Source: Botryllus schlosseri
Taxonomy: Eukaryota
DNA: 64,000 nucleotides
Direction of reading: 5' to 3'
Assembly: GCA_051294905.1 (NCBI GenBank)
Contig: CM119371.1
Location: forward strand, 20,772,001-20,836,000
Shown: positions 28,010-40,690 of the stretch, piece after piece
Layout of the letters: each line of letters starts with the position of its first letter
Position numbering within the stretch: position 1 is the first letter of the stretch
Made by a program: the position numbers and the translations under genes
Notes under the pieces: model-generated
Seen by the model: the letters and a program-made list of their open reading frames with translations, nothing else
The model's database searches: none
What the model was told of the DNA's origin: nothing

Positions 28010-28800
28010 AGCTTCTTGGAGGTAAAGAACTTCAGCATACAATTGAGTAGTATATTATTATTGAAATGAACCCGGATATTTTCGGCAGACACTCGTCAGC
28101 GGTAATCGTCAGCAACTAGTAGAGAATAAGAAAGAACATTGTATGTCAACAATATTATCACAAAATATGACGCCACCAGCATGAAACTTCGAATGAGAGA
28201 GCGTTCAGTGCACTATTCCTAGGTGATACACGAAGTCCTTCTGTTGACAGAGTTTCGGTTGGTGCATTTTGATAAAAGTCGACTCCGAGGCACGCAAGTG
28301 AAAGTGTGAACGGCCCGGCCCCTCCCAATAACCCGATATTTGTCGTGTTGGTAATTATTCGCACAAATCGGATTGTCCAAAAGATGTTTGCCGATTGCAG
28401 AATTCATGGCCTTCGAACGGCCAGCATCGGTGAGCTTTTCACCGAGCGTGATGCACGTGTTCTACTAAATCTAGGAACATGCTGGTTTATGCGTTCCTGC
28501 AGACGCTTTGACGTTCTTCCCACGTAGTCACAATCACAGTGGCACTTATATTCGTACACTACATTACTTTGTTGAAGTGTAGGAAGCAGGTCTTTGTGAA
28601 GGGAGCAGTTGCGTAGTCGTAAAAATCACATTGGTTTTGACTGTGTCGTAACATTTATCTGACCGCAGAAATCAATTGGTTTTCAAAGCGGGTAGAAATA
28701 GGACCAATCCAAGGTAGATGGATATAAACATCTTTTATTGTTCGTTCTGTGAGCACTGTTGATTTTTCTACGTGGAATTGCGTTAATTTCCTCTTCATGC
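28010..28800 (-). mobile_element. Penelope-like retroelement fragment (GIY-YIG endonuclease plus 3' end)
   Basis: Minus-strand translation VYIHLPWIG...QQSNVVYEYKCHCDCDYVGRTSKRLQERINQH...SAIGKHLL, with frameshifts. Confidence 0.9.
28070..28104 (-). ncRNA. Degenerate minimal type I hammerhead ribozyme motif (PLE-associated)
   Basis: Minus strand reads accg CTGACGA gtgtctgcc GAAA atat cc gggt. The sister at 25071-25105 reads accc tagacga gtgtcagcc GAAA atat TC gggt. Confidence 0.6.
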
Positions 28801-28989
28801 CTCTATTTGTCATCTATGTTTTGCTTCAGGATTCTTACTTGGATATATCTAAATAATAATATCACACAACAACTACAGTAACGCTTAGAGCCTGTTTATA
28901 CCTTGAGCCTTATGTCCTTGCTTTTGAGCATCGAGGACGACTTTTCTTGCACAGTCACTCCCACACTCAATTCGCTTTCGATTTCTTGT

Positions 28990-29160
28990 GTCACCTATAT
29001 TGGCACGGAGCTCCATTTTTTTACTTTGGAGCTCGGCTCATTGTTTCTCTGGGCTTTTCAAGACGCTCCGTTGACAGTGGGATCAGCGGTATGAAACCCC
29101 GGATGGATACTAGCGCCACTGGCGTCCTGTCTCAAAACCTCGAATAGTAAGGCGCAGATC
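28990..29160 (-). mobile_element. Old SINE-like repeat (family of 40500-40690)
   Basis: Minus strand has cgctgatcccactgt...ttgaaaagcccaga...agccgagctc, matching 40613-40670. Confidence 0.55.
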
Positions 29161-30261
29161 CAGGGTATAGTACTGGGTTTACTCAAGCACCTATTACGAC
29201 TCTGAATCCGTCTACTTAATCAATAAATACAGCGTCTCTACCCCCGACTTCTCATATTTTCTTCACATAAAATTCATCTGTTAACTTATTCGAAAATTTA
29301 GGGCGAAGTAGGGTTAAACGCTCAGGTGATGTAAGACGCCCACCGTTAACATTAAAGAACAAAGCGAGCGTTCAATGCGTCACATTATCGCAAAAATCAC
29401 CTAATGGTCAGACGAAACTGTCATATTAATTTCCACGCCCGAATGAAGATTTGTAACGTATTGGGCATGGCTTCGTTCTATGTAAACATTGGTAAGAGCA
29501 ATTTCCCACTACACGGCAAGGATCCTACGTGCGACAAGTAGCAAAATTAATCTTACTGACACAGCAAAGTAAACAATGAAAGTCGATAATTGATGGACGA
29601 ATAGCTGCGGAAAAATCTTTTTAGCACGACATAGAATATGCGGGCATAATCAGGTCGTCAGCAGAGGATCGTCTGTTGTCCACATGACCAGGAATATGTG
29701 CAGACGGTCCAGGGGATTTCGAACTAGTGTTACTTTATGTGTTTCTAATACCGTGCATATCGAAATCGCAAGCACTACAACCGAAGAGGTCACAAAATTA
29801 CGTCGATTTTCTTGCAGTCTATGAGATTTGCAGATATTCATCGCAGATTTAAGGTTTCATCATTCGACTCAAGATTATCCTCAAACAAAATCAGACGATT
29901 AGCATTCTCCGGAATAAGCTAACTAAGAGTCAGTAATCTATCGTAGTATAATAAGTATTTCACCCAAGTACAACCCACAACCCCTATGTTGCAGTCAAAC
30001 TGACCAGTAGCCTACACTACGAGCCCCTCCGGAACCGGGTGAAGTATGGTTTGAAAATGAACAATTGAACATGCTCAACTGCTCGTAGAAGATAAACTTT
30101 GTGGATGTCCACCTACACATGACATACCTGATAAGTTCTAGAACTGCCACGGTACCCTTTAATTAGCGTATCAACGGTCCTGACTGAATCTAGAGATTTG
30201 TCAAAACTCATACACGCATCCGCGTATCCGGCTGTGACTCCACAGACCTGCTAGGTAGCAT

Positions 30262-31201
30262 CAGTGATGGGTTGACTCGAGTCATCTTTTTCACATGACT
30301 TGACTTGACTCGACTCAATTTCCTTAAATGACTTTACTTGAATTGACTCGGCGTATCAGAAATGTGTATTGAGTCGTGACTCGAAGCAAAATTCACGAGT
30401 CAATTTCAAGTCATCAAGTAATCGGTGTCGGTAAAAATCACTGTATCTTGCATATGTTCAGATTTTTCGCCAAACACTTGTGTAACCCGTGAGAGCGACC
30501 AATCATTCAATGTCTGTGCGTTTTACTGAGCCTCGATTGACGATTGTTCCCTCGCAAATGACCGCAGACGAAGTGATCGAAGCTTACAGCTTACGCTGTC
30601 ATAACTCTAGTAGTAAAGTAATAGAATAGCAAAATGTCTATTTTTGTTCTCTGTTTTTACCTTGACCAAACCTCTTGTTCTATTGAAATTGAAATCTAAT
30701 ATATAGTTTATATAGTTCTCAACAATTGGCGCGGGCTCGAATGGTATCATATCTATTTGTAAATTAGTAATACATTGCATCTTATAAATTCGTTTCTCTA
30801 TTCTCTATTTTGGCTGGTAACTATAAACTGAGGCTATGCAATTATATAGTTTAACAGTTCTAGGTATATGTGAGCAATACAGCGCCTTCTTGCCTGTATG
30901 TTTCACGCGATATTCGTTCATCGGTTCGGAATCAATGACCACTCAAACTGTATTTCAGACAGTTAGCAAATTGCAATGACGTAACCATGCCTCATACATT
31001 CTTCGCAAAAGTAACTTAACTTGAAATGTGACTTGACTCAGGGCTTGACTTGACTTGACTCGAGTCACCTTTGAAAATCGATTGACTTCACTTGACTCGA
31101 GTCACCTTTGAAAATCGATTGACTTGACTTGACTTGAGTCAAAATGTGCAATGACTCGAAATGATTCGTGACTGGCGGGTAATGACCTGATCCCAACACT
31201 G
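30262..31201. mobile_element. hAT MITE with GACTC/GACTT subterminal repeats
   Basis: TIRs cagtgatggg / cccaacactg. Perfect TSD ggtagcat. Internal 37-bp tandem duplication near 31057-31130. Confidence 0.9.
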
Positions 31202-31600
31202 GGTAGCATACACATACATATATTCCAACTCTCCGAATCAGGCTCTGACTCCTCAGGCCCGCTAAGTATCCTACACATATAAACGGCCACCTGTTGTACC
31301 GATGTAGCAATATAGCGCTTCCATTACTTGCTCTGGTGATATCTTTTACTTCAGGAATGCTGTAATGTAATGTACCGATAATATCAATTTTGCTGCATGC
31401 TTTACTGATATCCGGTTGAAGTTGAATAGTCAATTACTGATACGTTGTAGTAGCCTTGAGCTTTCAACTGTTATAAAAACCTTTCGTTTTGCAGACTCCA
31501 CTGAATTTTTTACGAATATCCAAGGCCACGTGGAAAGTAAGATTCTTTAAGTCCAATTACATGTTCATACAATAAAAGAGAGTGCCATCTTTTCGTGCAG

Positions 31601-31831
31601 GAAACTAAGTTTCTTACCTTGGAAGAGAATGATATGGATGCTATTTACGTTATCGCGGGAAGTAAAGTCCTTGGCAGTTATTGGGATTGCGTCCTTCAAG
31701 ACATCGAAAAATCGAACATAGAAAAACTGAATGAGAAATTGTGGACCGAATTGATGAAAAGCGTAAAAAGTCGGGCCCCGAAAAAATGTCTTCCACTGCA
31801 CCTGTCGGGTACACCCAACGTCTTTTTCAAA
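31601..31831 (+). CDS. Exon G (231 nt): ETKFLTLEENDMDAIYVIAGSKVLGSYWDCVLQDIEKSNIEKLNEKLWTELMKSVKSRAPKKCLPLHLSGTPNVFFK
   Basis: Acceptor cttttcgtgcag, donor aaa|gtaagt, phase 0/0. A weaker in-frame donor agc|gtaaaa at 31762 is also possible. Confidence 0.75.
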
Positions 31832-34800
31832 GTAAGTTCCTGGAAGATTCAAGACCACATCTCATGATCGCGTCCTAAATGTACGACTTATAATTGTAGA
31901 ATTGTTAACGTCTGTACTAACATCTGCAGCATTCTCGAAACTGTCCGCCTTTAGGAGACGCCCAGTTGGCATTCACAAGAACTGCTAAGTAGCGATGGTT
32001 TGAACCCCTTAACGGCCATGCTGCTATTAGCCGGCTAAGCAGTATGCATCTCGGCGTATTCAGCCGTGAGTCACGTGTTTCACATCTAGTTATCATAAGG
32101 GCACCATACGTCCTCTTTTCAGATGATTTGTCCTCTTTTTTGATTTTTTTTAAGTGTCCTCGGAGGACGCCCTAATTTATTCTTTTTTGAGGATTTTGGT
32201 TACATAAAGGGCCAAATTCGACTGATATACATTAAGTCAGCACTGTAGGAACGCTGCGGCGGCTATTTCGGGAGCTGGACCGGTAAGTCAATCTCCTGTT
32301 AATGTGAAAGAAAAACTGTATTTTCCGGGAGTTGAGCCTCTTTTTTCAGTCAAGCAACCACGAAGTGGGTAAAATTAACCATTTTTTCAGGATTTTCCTT
32401 CGGTTTTGAAAGTTATAAATACCTATTTATATCTATAGCTACTGCTCGTTCAACTGGAAAGTTAGGGCACATTGCATTGGAATAGCAGTGACGTAACGTT
32501 AGCAGTCTATACTCAAAACTTTCCTGCAATTCTATAATTAAAAACTACAGAGGCCAAGCCAAGCAAGAGTATTTTAGAAATATAATTTTTTTCTTCTTCA
32601 TAAATCCATAACCTAATATATTTTGGAGGCCGCAAGAAGGCTATCTGGGGGCCGCGTTTGGGAATCACTGGTCAAAAGACTCACGACCATGGGACCTATG
32701 AGACGTACGCTCAAAAACTCAAATTTGTTAACTTGTTTTATTTTTGTGTACTATAAGCTAAGCTACAGCAAGCCAATGAAAAATGTTTCGTCGCGACCTG
32801 CAAGATTAAAATAGAATATATCAACTCAAATGTTGGCATAAAATCATATTTTGATTTACGCCCAAACCTACAAAATTAATGCCACATACATATTACCCGC
32901 AAATCGACATTTTGACTTTCAAATACCTCGTAATAGCGATAAAACACCACATATAACTATGATTTACAGCCTCTATATATATGTAGGCGAGTTTCTGTTG
33001 TTAAGTGAATAGTTGGTTCATCTATTTTGCTTGATTTGGCTATGGTACCATAGGTCCCCCACCCCATAAATATTGTAATTGACATGAAAATAGTTCACTC
33101 GAGGATGGTAATAATTCAAAAAATGTGTGGCATTATATACCCTGATACAAGCCCTATACTTCACATCACATCGCGGGTTGGTTAGTCTGAAAGGTGATAC
33201 AGAAAAATGCAAATGTCGATCCAAATTTACTTTACACCCCCTAAAACGTATATCATTCGTCACAGACCCCATAACGCACGCAGGTCGAATTATTTTGGAT
33301 GTCAGGAAAGATTCTGTCAGCATGTATTGTAGACAAATTCACGGAGTGTAATCATGGAATTATCATGAATAATTTTTCAAGTATTTTCGGTCCCAGTGAT
33401 CCATCGGTACCACATCTCCCCTACATGCTGAATTTTTAAATATGAACTTATGTATCAATTGGAACAATCAAATGCTCTATTAATGTAAGTGTGTAAATGT
33501 ATAAAAAAAATCACAGCGCAGAACGCGAAAGCGAACCTCATGTTTACACCATCCTTACTGTTAAGGGTTCATAGAACAGGTTCGACTGAGGGATTCTTCC
33601 CTAAGTGATATTGATATTTAACTACTTTTACTTGGCCGTTTTCCGTTTTTATAAATAATTTCTTGGTCTAGAATGGTCTTTTACTTACTCTAAAATCGTT
33701 TTTTTTCGCCTGTAGGTAAGTAGGAATTTGCGAGATCAATTCGACTTCCGCTCGAATACCCATGATAAATTCTGTGGCCACTGCAATTTCGGCAATATTG
33801 CAAATTTCTGATGCTAGGTATTGTATGGAAGCTCCAATCGACTAATTCGCAGAGGTACTTTTTCGAAATACTCAAAATGGTTTTACCTATCTTCCCCTTT
33901 TCCTGAAGTGGGTATTTTAGAAGACTACTTCTGTTTCAGTTTTTAGGAAAATCTTTGCCAATAATACTCCATTTTAACTTGCTTGTAAACAGGTGCTTTC
34001 CACTTGATCTCCAGTAAGAATTTGCGACGGTATTCGTACTTCTACTGGAGAGTGCCCACTATATCTACTTTGCTTTCCTCTGCCGACGCTATTTATTACA
34101 CAATTGAAAATGATAATTTTTCGATTTATTGGATATTACATCTTTTTGAAGTTGCCCTTTCGAATTTATCCGCTGCCGCTGATATTTCAAAGATTCGGGT
34201 TATTTTGTGGAATTACCAATTTTATTGATGCAGCGACGGCATTAAAAATTCATATAACAAGCTTCAGGTAGTTTTGTATTTCAATATTTTTTAGATCGAT
34301 GTAGCAGACGTTCGACTCTTGGTGAGAAGAATTGTTGCGGGAGCCACACATTGGGTTCCGGGTAGGAATAAGTCCCCGCCGGAAAAGGTAGGATTGACAT
34401 TATGTTGTAATATTATCCAATAGATCTACGTTCACTCAACTGGCGCGGACCACTTTTATGGTTTATTTTCGCAATTTTTGTGAGGTGTTACAAAGTGGGC
34501 ATATTTGAAGGTTTGTAATGACTCGGGTCGCATTTTCACCAGGATTTTCTTGACTTCAGTCGTTTCCCTAAATATGGACAATAAGTCGACGGACGAGTTT
34601 GCACTGGATAATCAAAATATTGACAATTTTTTACTTAAAAATAAACTCAATTTTGACAAAATTTTGCGGTCAAGCATTTGAATCAGGCATTGTTGCGCAT
34701 AACTCTATAATTGCAGCACTCTTCTTCATTTCTGGTTAAAACTGTCTGCCCTCACGAAGTAGCTTGGCAAGAATAGAGACAAAACGTTCAACAGCAGTAA

Positions 34801-36259
34801 TTGTTTACTGGCGGAATTGAATTTCATTGTATAAAACCGGAGTGCTAGTAACACACATATCGCTTCATACCGACAATTTCTTTCTTCGTATTTAGATTTT
34901 GAGATATCAGCGCTAACTTTTTCGGTGTGATGATCATCGCGCCATGTCGACTTATTTGTTTGATTAGAATAAGATGGTTTGTTAGTCACGATGAGTAGAC
35001 AACGGGCCATCTACCGCCGTAAGGCCATATAGTATAGTCGAGAAGGTGTGTAAAAGTTCACCTATAGTGCAACCTCGACGATAGCAACCCAATTTGTTGA
35101 TGCTACAATTTTCACAAAAGTTTGACTTTTTTGCAATGACAAAAATAATTTTCCTACTGATAGCATTGCTCGGATGTGTATTGTTATAACCTCATAAACC
35201 CACCATTGTTGCGTTACAATTGAATTACGGGATTCCCGCAGCACTCTGAGCAGCTTAGCACTTGATAGCGTACTCATAATCATTGTGAAACAAACTTTCC
35301 AAAAACACGATGAGTTTGAATGCTTTCTCAGTTTGAATCAGTGGCTCGTATATGTAGCATCTTTTACCCGCCAGCTTCCGCTTCCCGAGATTTGCATGGT
35401 ATTGCCCGCATATTAGAAGGGCAGTGTTATAGTTCAGTAGTGGTCGGTTTTCGGGCTCGGGCTTGGCTTTTGAAAATATTTCCGACTTGATGCGTGCCGA
35501 ATGACCGGCCAAAATAAGCGATGTATACCAATAGTTGTCACAATTCCACCGTCTGTGCCACTCTAATGGTTAATCCAATAAAACGGAAAGCAAAAACATA
35601 CGACCCAATATAAATTGACCATATAACTCACCGTAGATGTGAAATCGAATTGTGAATACCTTGGGCGCTAACCGGATAGGTTTGGTACCATGCCCAACCG
35701 TCATAACGACAACCTGCTTTCATCCCGACAAATATCACAATCTTTTCATCATCAATAAGTCGACCGGTTACTCGGCGTGTTTCAAGCCCAAAACATTGTA
35801 CGGAGTCAAGCCCAAACCTGATAACCTGACCCAATAATAGACGCCAAAACCCAATTTCATATGCTTGATTGTAAGAAAACTGAATATATCAGCCAGGAGT
35901 TTCGGTGTTTATCTCAATAATGAGCAATGAACACTTTGACTTGGACTATGACTTGAGTCTCAACAGTAGGATTCAGACTCGAACCATTGCTCCCTGACTT
36001 GGACTTGACTTGGTGGTAAAGAGAAAATGTCTCGACCTAACTCGAGTCAAATCTATCAACGTAATATTGACTTGTGACTTGATTACAAACATGATGGCGC
36101 GGCCGAGCTTCTTTACTACTGTTACACCACCGATATGTCGATGATACCTTTACATATTCAAGAATTAGTCAGAATATGATACGTCTCCTGATCGATCAAA
36201 CTCACTAGACACGATACTGCGATTTACAATTGATATTGAACGCAATAACTCACTGACAT

Positions 36260-37210
36260 TTTGAGGTAATTTGACCAAAAATCAAGATACTAACAATTTT
36301 TAAACTTCTTTAAACTCCTAGGTTGAAATGCATGTTTTTCTCACTAAGTGCGGGTAATCGTGAGCAGAGTATTGATGTAATGACCTGTATTTGGATCTTG
36401 AGTACATCTGTAAACTACGTAATAACGGTTGCCCTGAACACGTCATCAACCGCTCAATACCGAAAGGAAGTTGAAGCAAATTAACGCGTAGAAAAAATCA
36501 ACAGAGTCGTCCGAACGAATAACTAAATACGTCTGTGTACGTACACTGTACATCTACTGCAGATTGACTGTAACCAACATAATTTTTACGACAACATTAC
36601 TGCTCCATGCTTCACACAAACAACGTCTTTCCGTATGTCAACAATGTGATGTCGTCTATGAACATAAAAAATTGCGATAGCTATTGTAGCTACGTGATGT
36701 GGACTAGACATCGTTCGCAGGAATTCATAATGATCATCTCTCGAGATTTATTCGAACAGGCGCATCACACTCAGAGGAAGGATCATCCTTATTTATCCCT
36801 TGACGCTTTAATCAGAACAGGCAATGGTCGTGAACGATATCATCAGGCAACTTTTATTATTGACAGTTTTATTTAGTCGATAAAATGTCGACACGACAGA
36901 TCTATTCGTTCGTTTATGTGCCATGAAGTTGACTTTTATCAAAATCCGCCAATCTAGGCTGTGGCAGCAGATGAGTTTGTGTGCAATTTGATTATAGCCT
37001 ACATTTAACCCAAGTCATCTATTCGCTTCGAATTTTCAAACTTTCCGTGCTGGTAAAGTCGAATGTGGTGTTTCAATGGTTGATATACAAAATTCTTCAC
37101 ATATTTCTATTATTTGCTGACCCTTGTCGGGCAGCAGAATCATAAATTAGGGTTGGTTTCAGTATGAGTCTATCATTCTATTGTATATTGAAGTTCTGTA
37201 CTTCCGAGAG
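36260..37210 (+). mobile_element. Older, highly decayed Penelope-like copy
   Basis: NGCPEHVINRSI-like peptide at about 36423. Blocks gacttttatcaaaat and attgtat..tgaagttct match the reverse complement of 28010-28800. Confidence 0.55.
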
Positions 37211-37258
37211 TCTATCCAATTGTATTAAGTTAATAATATTTTTTGGTAAAACAGGATG

Positions 37259-38020
37259 AATAACGAGAAACAATTACTGCATATTGTTAATTTATTCGCT
37301 AAAAGCTTTTGGGCTGACCCTCATCAGTAGCGAACGTCAGTGATAGGGTGGATCAAATTCGAAATGTCAGAACTATTAGTATGGCTATGACGTAATTAAT
37401 AACAAAACTAACAACTAGTAGACGGGCAAGATACGGTAGTAACGATACAAAACAAACGTTAACGAGCACATATTCAGTTATAAATAACCGAGAACACAGC
37501 ACACAACAATAATGATATATTCCAAGGATGCTGTGGCGTTCCTTCAAGCTACAGAGAATCGGCTTTAGCAGCTTTATGATCGTAGATTTCAGGACCTTCA
37601 AATGAAAAAGAGAACGGTCACGAGCAACTATAGAAAATTGACTGTCATTGTAATGATCAGCACATTCTGTATGGGATCAGAGATGCTGTCCAATAGCCGA
37701 ATTACAAGCAGTAACTTGATCATAACCACGCAGTGTGTCAACAGACTGAGATGATGGAGTTGGAGAAACATAACTTATTGCTGTGGGATATGCTGGCGAA
37801 TTATTTGCTGCAAGCGCTGTGACGTGCGACCTACATACCGACTGTCACATCGGCACGTGCATTCATATATAATGTTGCTTTGATTTGTCGCAGGTAGCAA
37901 ATCCTTTTGCGTTGCAGGCATCATAGATTTCGTCATGAAGATTATCTGCGGTTCTACTTGTGAAAAACTATGCCTCACTGACGATTTAATTTGCTTTTCA
38001 CATCATCACCCGAAATTTGA
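37259..38020 (-). mobile_element. Penelope-like element fragment (GIY-YIG), left arm of an inverted pair
   Basis: ORFs 37775..37978 (NQSNIIYECTCRCDSRYVGRTSQRLQQIIRQH) and 37353..37601 (LKVLKSTIIKLLKPILCS). Confidence 0.9.
37294..37335 (-). ncRNA. Degenerate minimal type I hammerhead ribozyme (G12 of GAAA mutated to C)
   Basis: Minus strand reads ttcgcta CTGATGA gggtcagcc cAAA agct tt tagcgaa: 7-bp stem I and palindromic stem III. Confidence 0.65.
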
Positions 38021-38088
38021 TGATGAATGCAGAGCAAAAGAACACAGTGAGAAAATTGTGGCCCTTAAAGCCAAACTAAGCAGCTTAG

Positions 38089-38797
38089 CACAAGTAGAAT
38101 CGCAGATAATCTTCATGACAAAATCTCTGATGCCTGCAACGCAAAAGCTTGTGATACCTGCGACTAATCAAAGCAACATACTCTATTAATGCACGACCCG
38201 ATATGACATTCGGTATGTAGGTTGCACGTCTCAGTGCTTGCAGCAAAGAATTCACCAGCATATTCCACGGCAAATTAGAATAAGTAATGTTTCTCCAGCT
38301 CCGTCATCGCAGTCTGTTGACACACTGCGTGATTATGATCAAGGTACTGCTTGTAATTCGGCTATTGGACAGCATCTCTTATCCCATCTAGAATGTGTTG
38401 ATCATTACAATGACAGTCAATTTTCTATAGTTGCTCATGGCCGTTCTCTTTTTCATTTGAAGGTCCTGGAATCTACGATCATAAAGCTGCGAAAGCCGAT
38501 TCTCTGTAGCCAGAAGAAACGCCTCTACACCCTTGGAATATTTCATTATTGTTGTGTGCTGTGTTCTCGGTTATTTATAACCGAATATGTGCTCGTTAAC
38601 TTTTGTTTTGTATCGTTACTACCGTATCTTGCCCGTCTAGTAGTTGGTCGTTTTTGTTATTAATACGTCATAGAAACAAAATAAATTTATATTTCGAATT
38701 TGATCCACCCTATTACCGACGTTCGCTACTGATAGGGGTCAGTCGAAAAGCTTTTAGCGAATAAATTAACAATGTGAAGTTATTGTTTCGCGTTATT
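38089..38797 (+). mobile_element. Penelope-like element fragment (GIY-YIG), right arm of the inverted pair
   Basis: ORF 38238..38663 (SAIGQHLL...FSIVAHGRSLFHLKVLESTIIKLRKPILCSQK). Reverse complement of 37259-37962 with scattered substitutions. Confidence 0.9.
38721..38762 (+). ncRNA. Degenerate minimal type I hammerhead ribozyme (CUGAUGA changed to CUGAUAG)
   Basis: ttcgcta CTGATag gggtcagtc GAAA agct tt tagcgaa. Confidence 0.65.
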
Positions 38798-38834
38798 ATG
38801 AAGTTCTGTGCCACATATAGCTTGTTTAAAACAG

Positions 38835-38921
38835 GAAGAATATACTGCTATGATCAATCGTGCTGTTGATGAATTCTGGAAAATATTCGCTGAGGATGGA
38901 CCGGCCCATCGATCTGAAGAT
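38835..38921 (+). CDS. Exon H (87 nt): EEYTAMINRAVDEFWKIFAEDGPAHRSED
   Basis: Acceptor tttaaaacag, donor gat|gtaggt, phase 0/0. Confidence 0.7.
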
Positions 38922-39809
38922 GTAGGTTTGGGCTATCTTCTGCATGGAATTATAATAGTTCAAATTTCAATACAGTGACCGTTCCTGCGAAACGCATCAA
39001 TTCCTAGTAATTATTTATTAAAGCTAGTTGGAAATATTCTTGTACCGATAAATTTTGCTGATGTATCACGTGCCTATTAGTGAATCCGGACTGTGCCACT
39101 TTCACCCTGATCAGATTCATCATGACCCAGAACGGATAAATTCGACTTGTATGGTTTGCAGAATATTTTTTTTTAGTATAAGCGATGTAACTTCTCGCAA
39201 TGTTTTGAAATTCCACGATCGCGGGAATGATGTGCCCTATATAAAAAAAAGCCAACTCGGCATCGTGGTCTCCTCACTTCACCGACAATATTAATGGGAG
39301 GTCAAGAAATATAAGCATGCAACGAAGTGACTAATAATAATTGCCCCACCGAAGATGCATCATCACTTATAGCTTGCACTAAATTTTCGATAACTCCCCT
39401 CCATCTACTCTACCGGTGAATCTGATCACATGGGATATGAAATAATATGTCAAACTACCAATAATGATGAAATTGATAAGTGAAAGAATATGAAAGAATT
39501 TTTGCGCGAACAGTCTCATGTCATGACCATGACCACTCGCGATTTTTGGGGCGTATAGTAACCCTGTATGATTATTGATTAAGTAGATTAGTGCGGATTT
39601 CGCCGGAAATGGACAAAGACACTTAATTATTGGTTTGTTCGTTTTTTTTATTCACACATACACAGTGAAGCTTATCGCCTATACAGTCATTTGCGCCAAG
39701 ACATTAATTTCAGTAATTTCAGTCCTTTGTCTTTGTAACTTTTCGGACGACTACCATGCTCGCTCTCTTTAATCATCGACCACTCTCGTCTTGCACGCGT
39801 CCATATCCT

Positions 39810-40010
39810 GTACTTTGCTGTCGACTTTTGGCTCGGCTCACCTTCTCTCAGGGCTTTGGAAACACTGCTACGGCAGTGTGGTCAGCGATGAGGAGAAAGC
39901 TCCTAGAGAAACCACGACACGTAGTAGGCTAGTTGGTTCGAACCGGTATTGGAACCACTGCCATTGGTGTCACGACGCTGGCGTAAGCGGTGTCCTACAA
40001 AGAGCCTAGA
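39810..40010 (-). mobile_element. Old SINE-like repeat (family of 40500-40690)
   Basis: Minus strand has ...gtgtcg...ctcctcatcgctgacc acactgc...gcagtg...aaagccc...agccgagc. Confidence 0.55.
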
Positions 40011-40499
40011 AGTGGGCCGTGCTATAAGTCGGCAGTTACGGAATTAAAATGATGAACATCGGTCTGGTGTAAATGACAATATTAGTCGACAAGCACCATG
40101 AATACCGCAAGCAAACAAGCTTTTCGCAATGTTTTGAAATTCCACGATCGTTTGAAACGGAGAGTGTCATCACGCGTGCCAGTTTCCCAAAGCCACGCTG
40201 TGCCGAAATCAGTGTTCAAAAACTTCGCAGTTGTCACAACACACAACGAACCACACTTTCTAGTGATTATGCCGACTGATGAATAAGTCCATAGACGGGA
40301 AGGATCAACATTGTCAAGTAAAAGGGAACTGTTCCGGTACAGCTGATAGAATAGCCCAACGCCTGGGTTGGCCATAGATTGCCCTGACTGAATCGATTTT
40401 GCATTTGGTACTTTACGTTTTTTTGCTTTTTTGTTCATCAATCGTCTCAAAACTACGCAGCAATTTCCTTTTAAAAGTACATCACCACCAATTGGTTGG

Positions 40500-40690
40500 G
40501 GAAGCGAGTTGCGCAGTTGGTTAAACACTATAGTCACGACATCGATGGTAGATGGTTCGAGTCTCGGCTCTGCCATGTTTCTATGTGTCGGAGGTTTATC
40601 TGGGCTCCTCATCGCCGATCCCGCTGTAATACAGCGCATTGAAAAGCCCAGACGAAGAGAAAGCCGAACTCGTGAAAGGAGACAGCAAAT
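40500..40690 (+). mobile_element. tRNA-derived SINE-like element
   Basis: A-box-like ttgcgcagttgg (40509) and B-box-like ggttcgagtct (40554), followed by a structured body shared with two other copies. Confidence 0.6.

Noticed and set aside
33700..34260. Possible decayed transposase on the minus strand
   Set aside because: Only short lysine-rich frames and no motif I can recognise.
40505..40650. U4 snRNA resemblance (ttgcgcagt, gaggtttatc, ttgaaaa)
   Set aside because: Spacing is wrong and there is no Sm site or 3' stem-loops. Pol III boxes and dispersed copies fit a SINE better.
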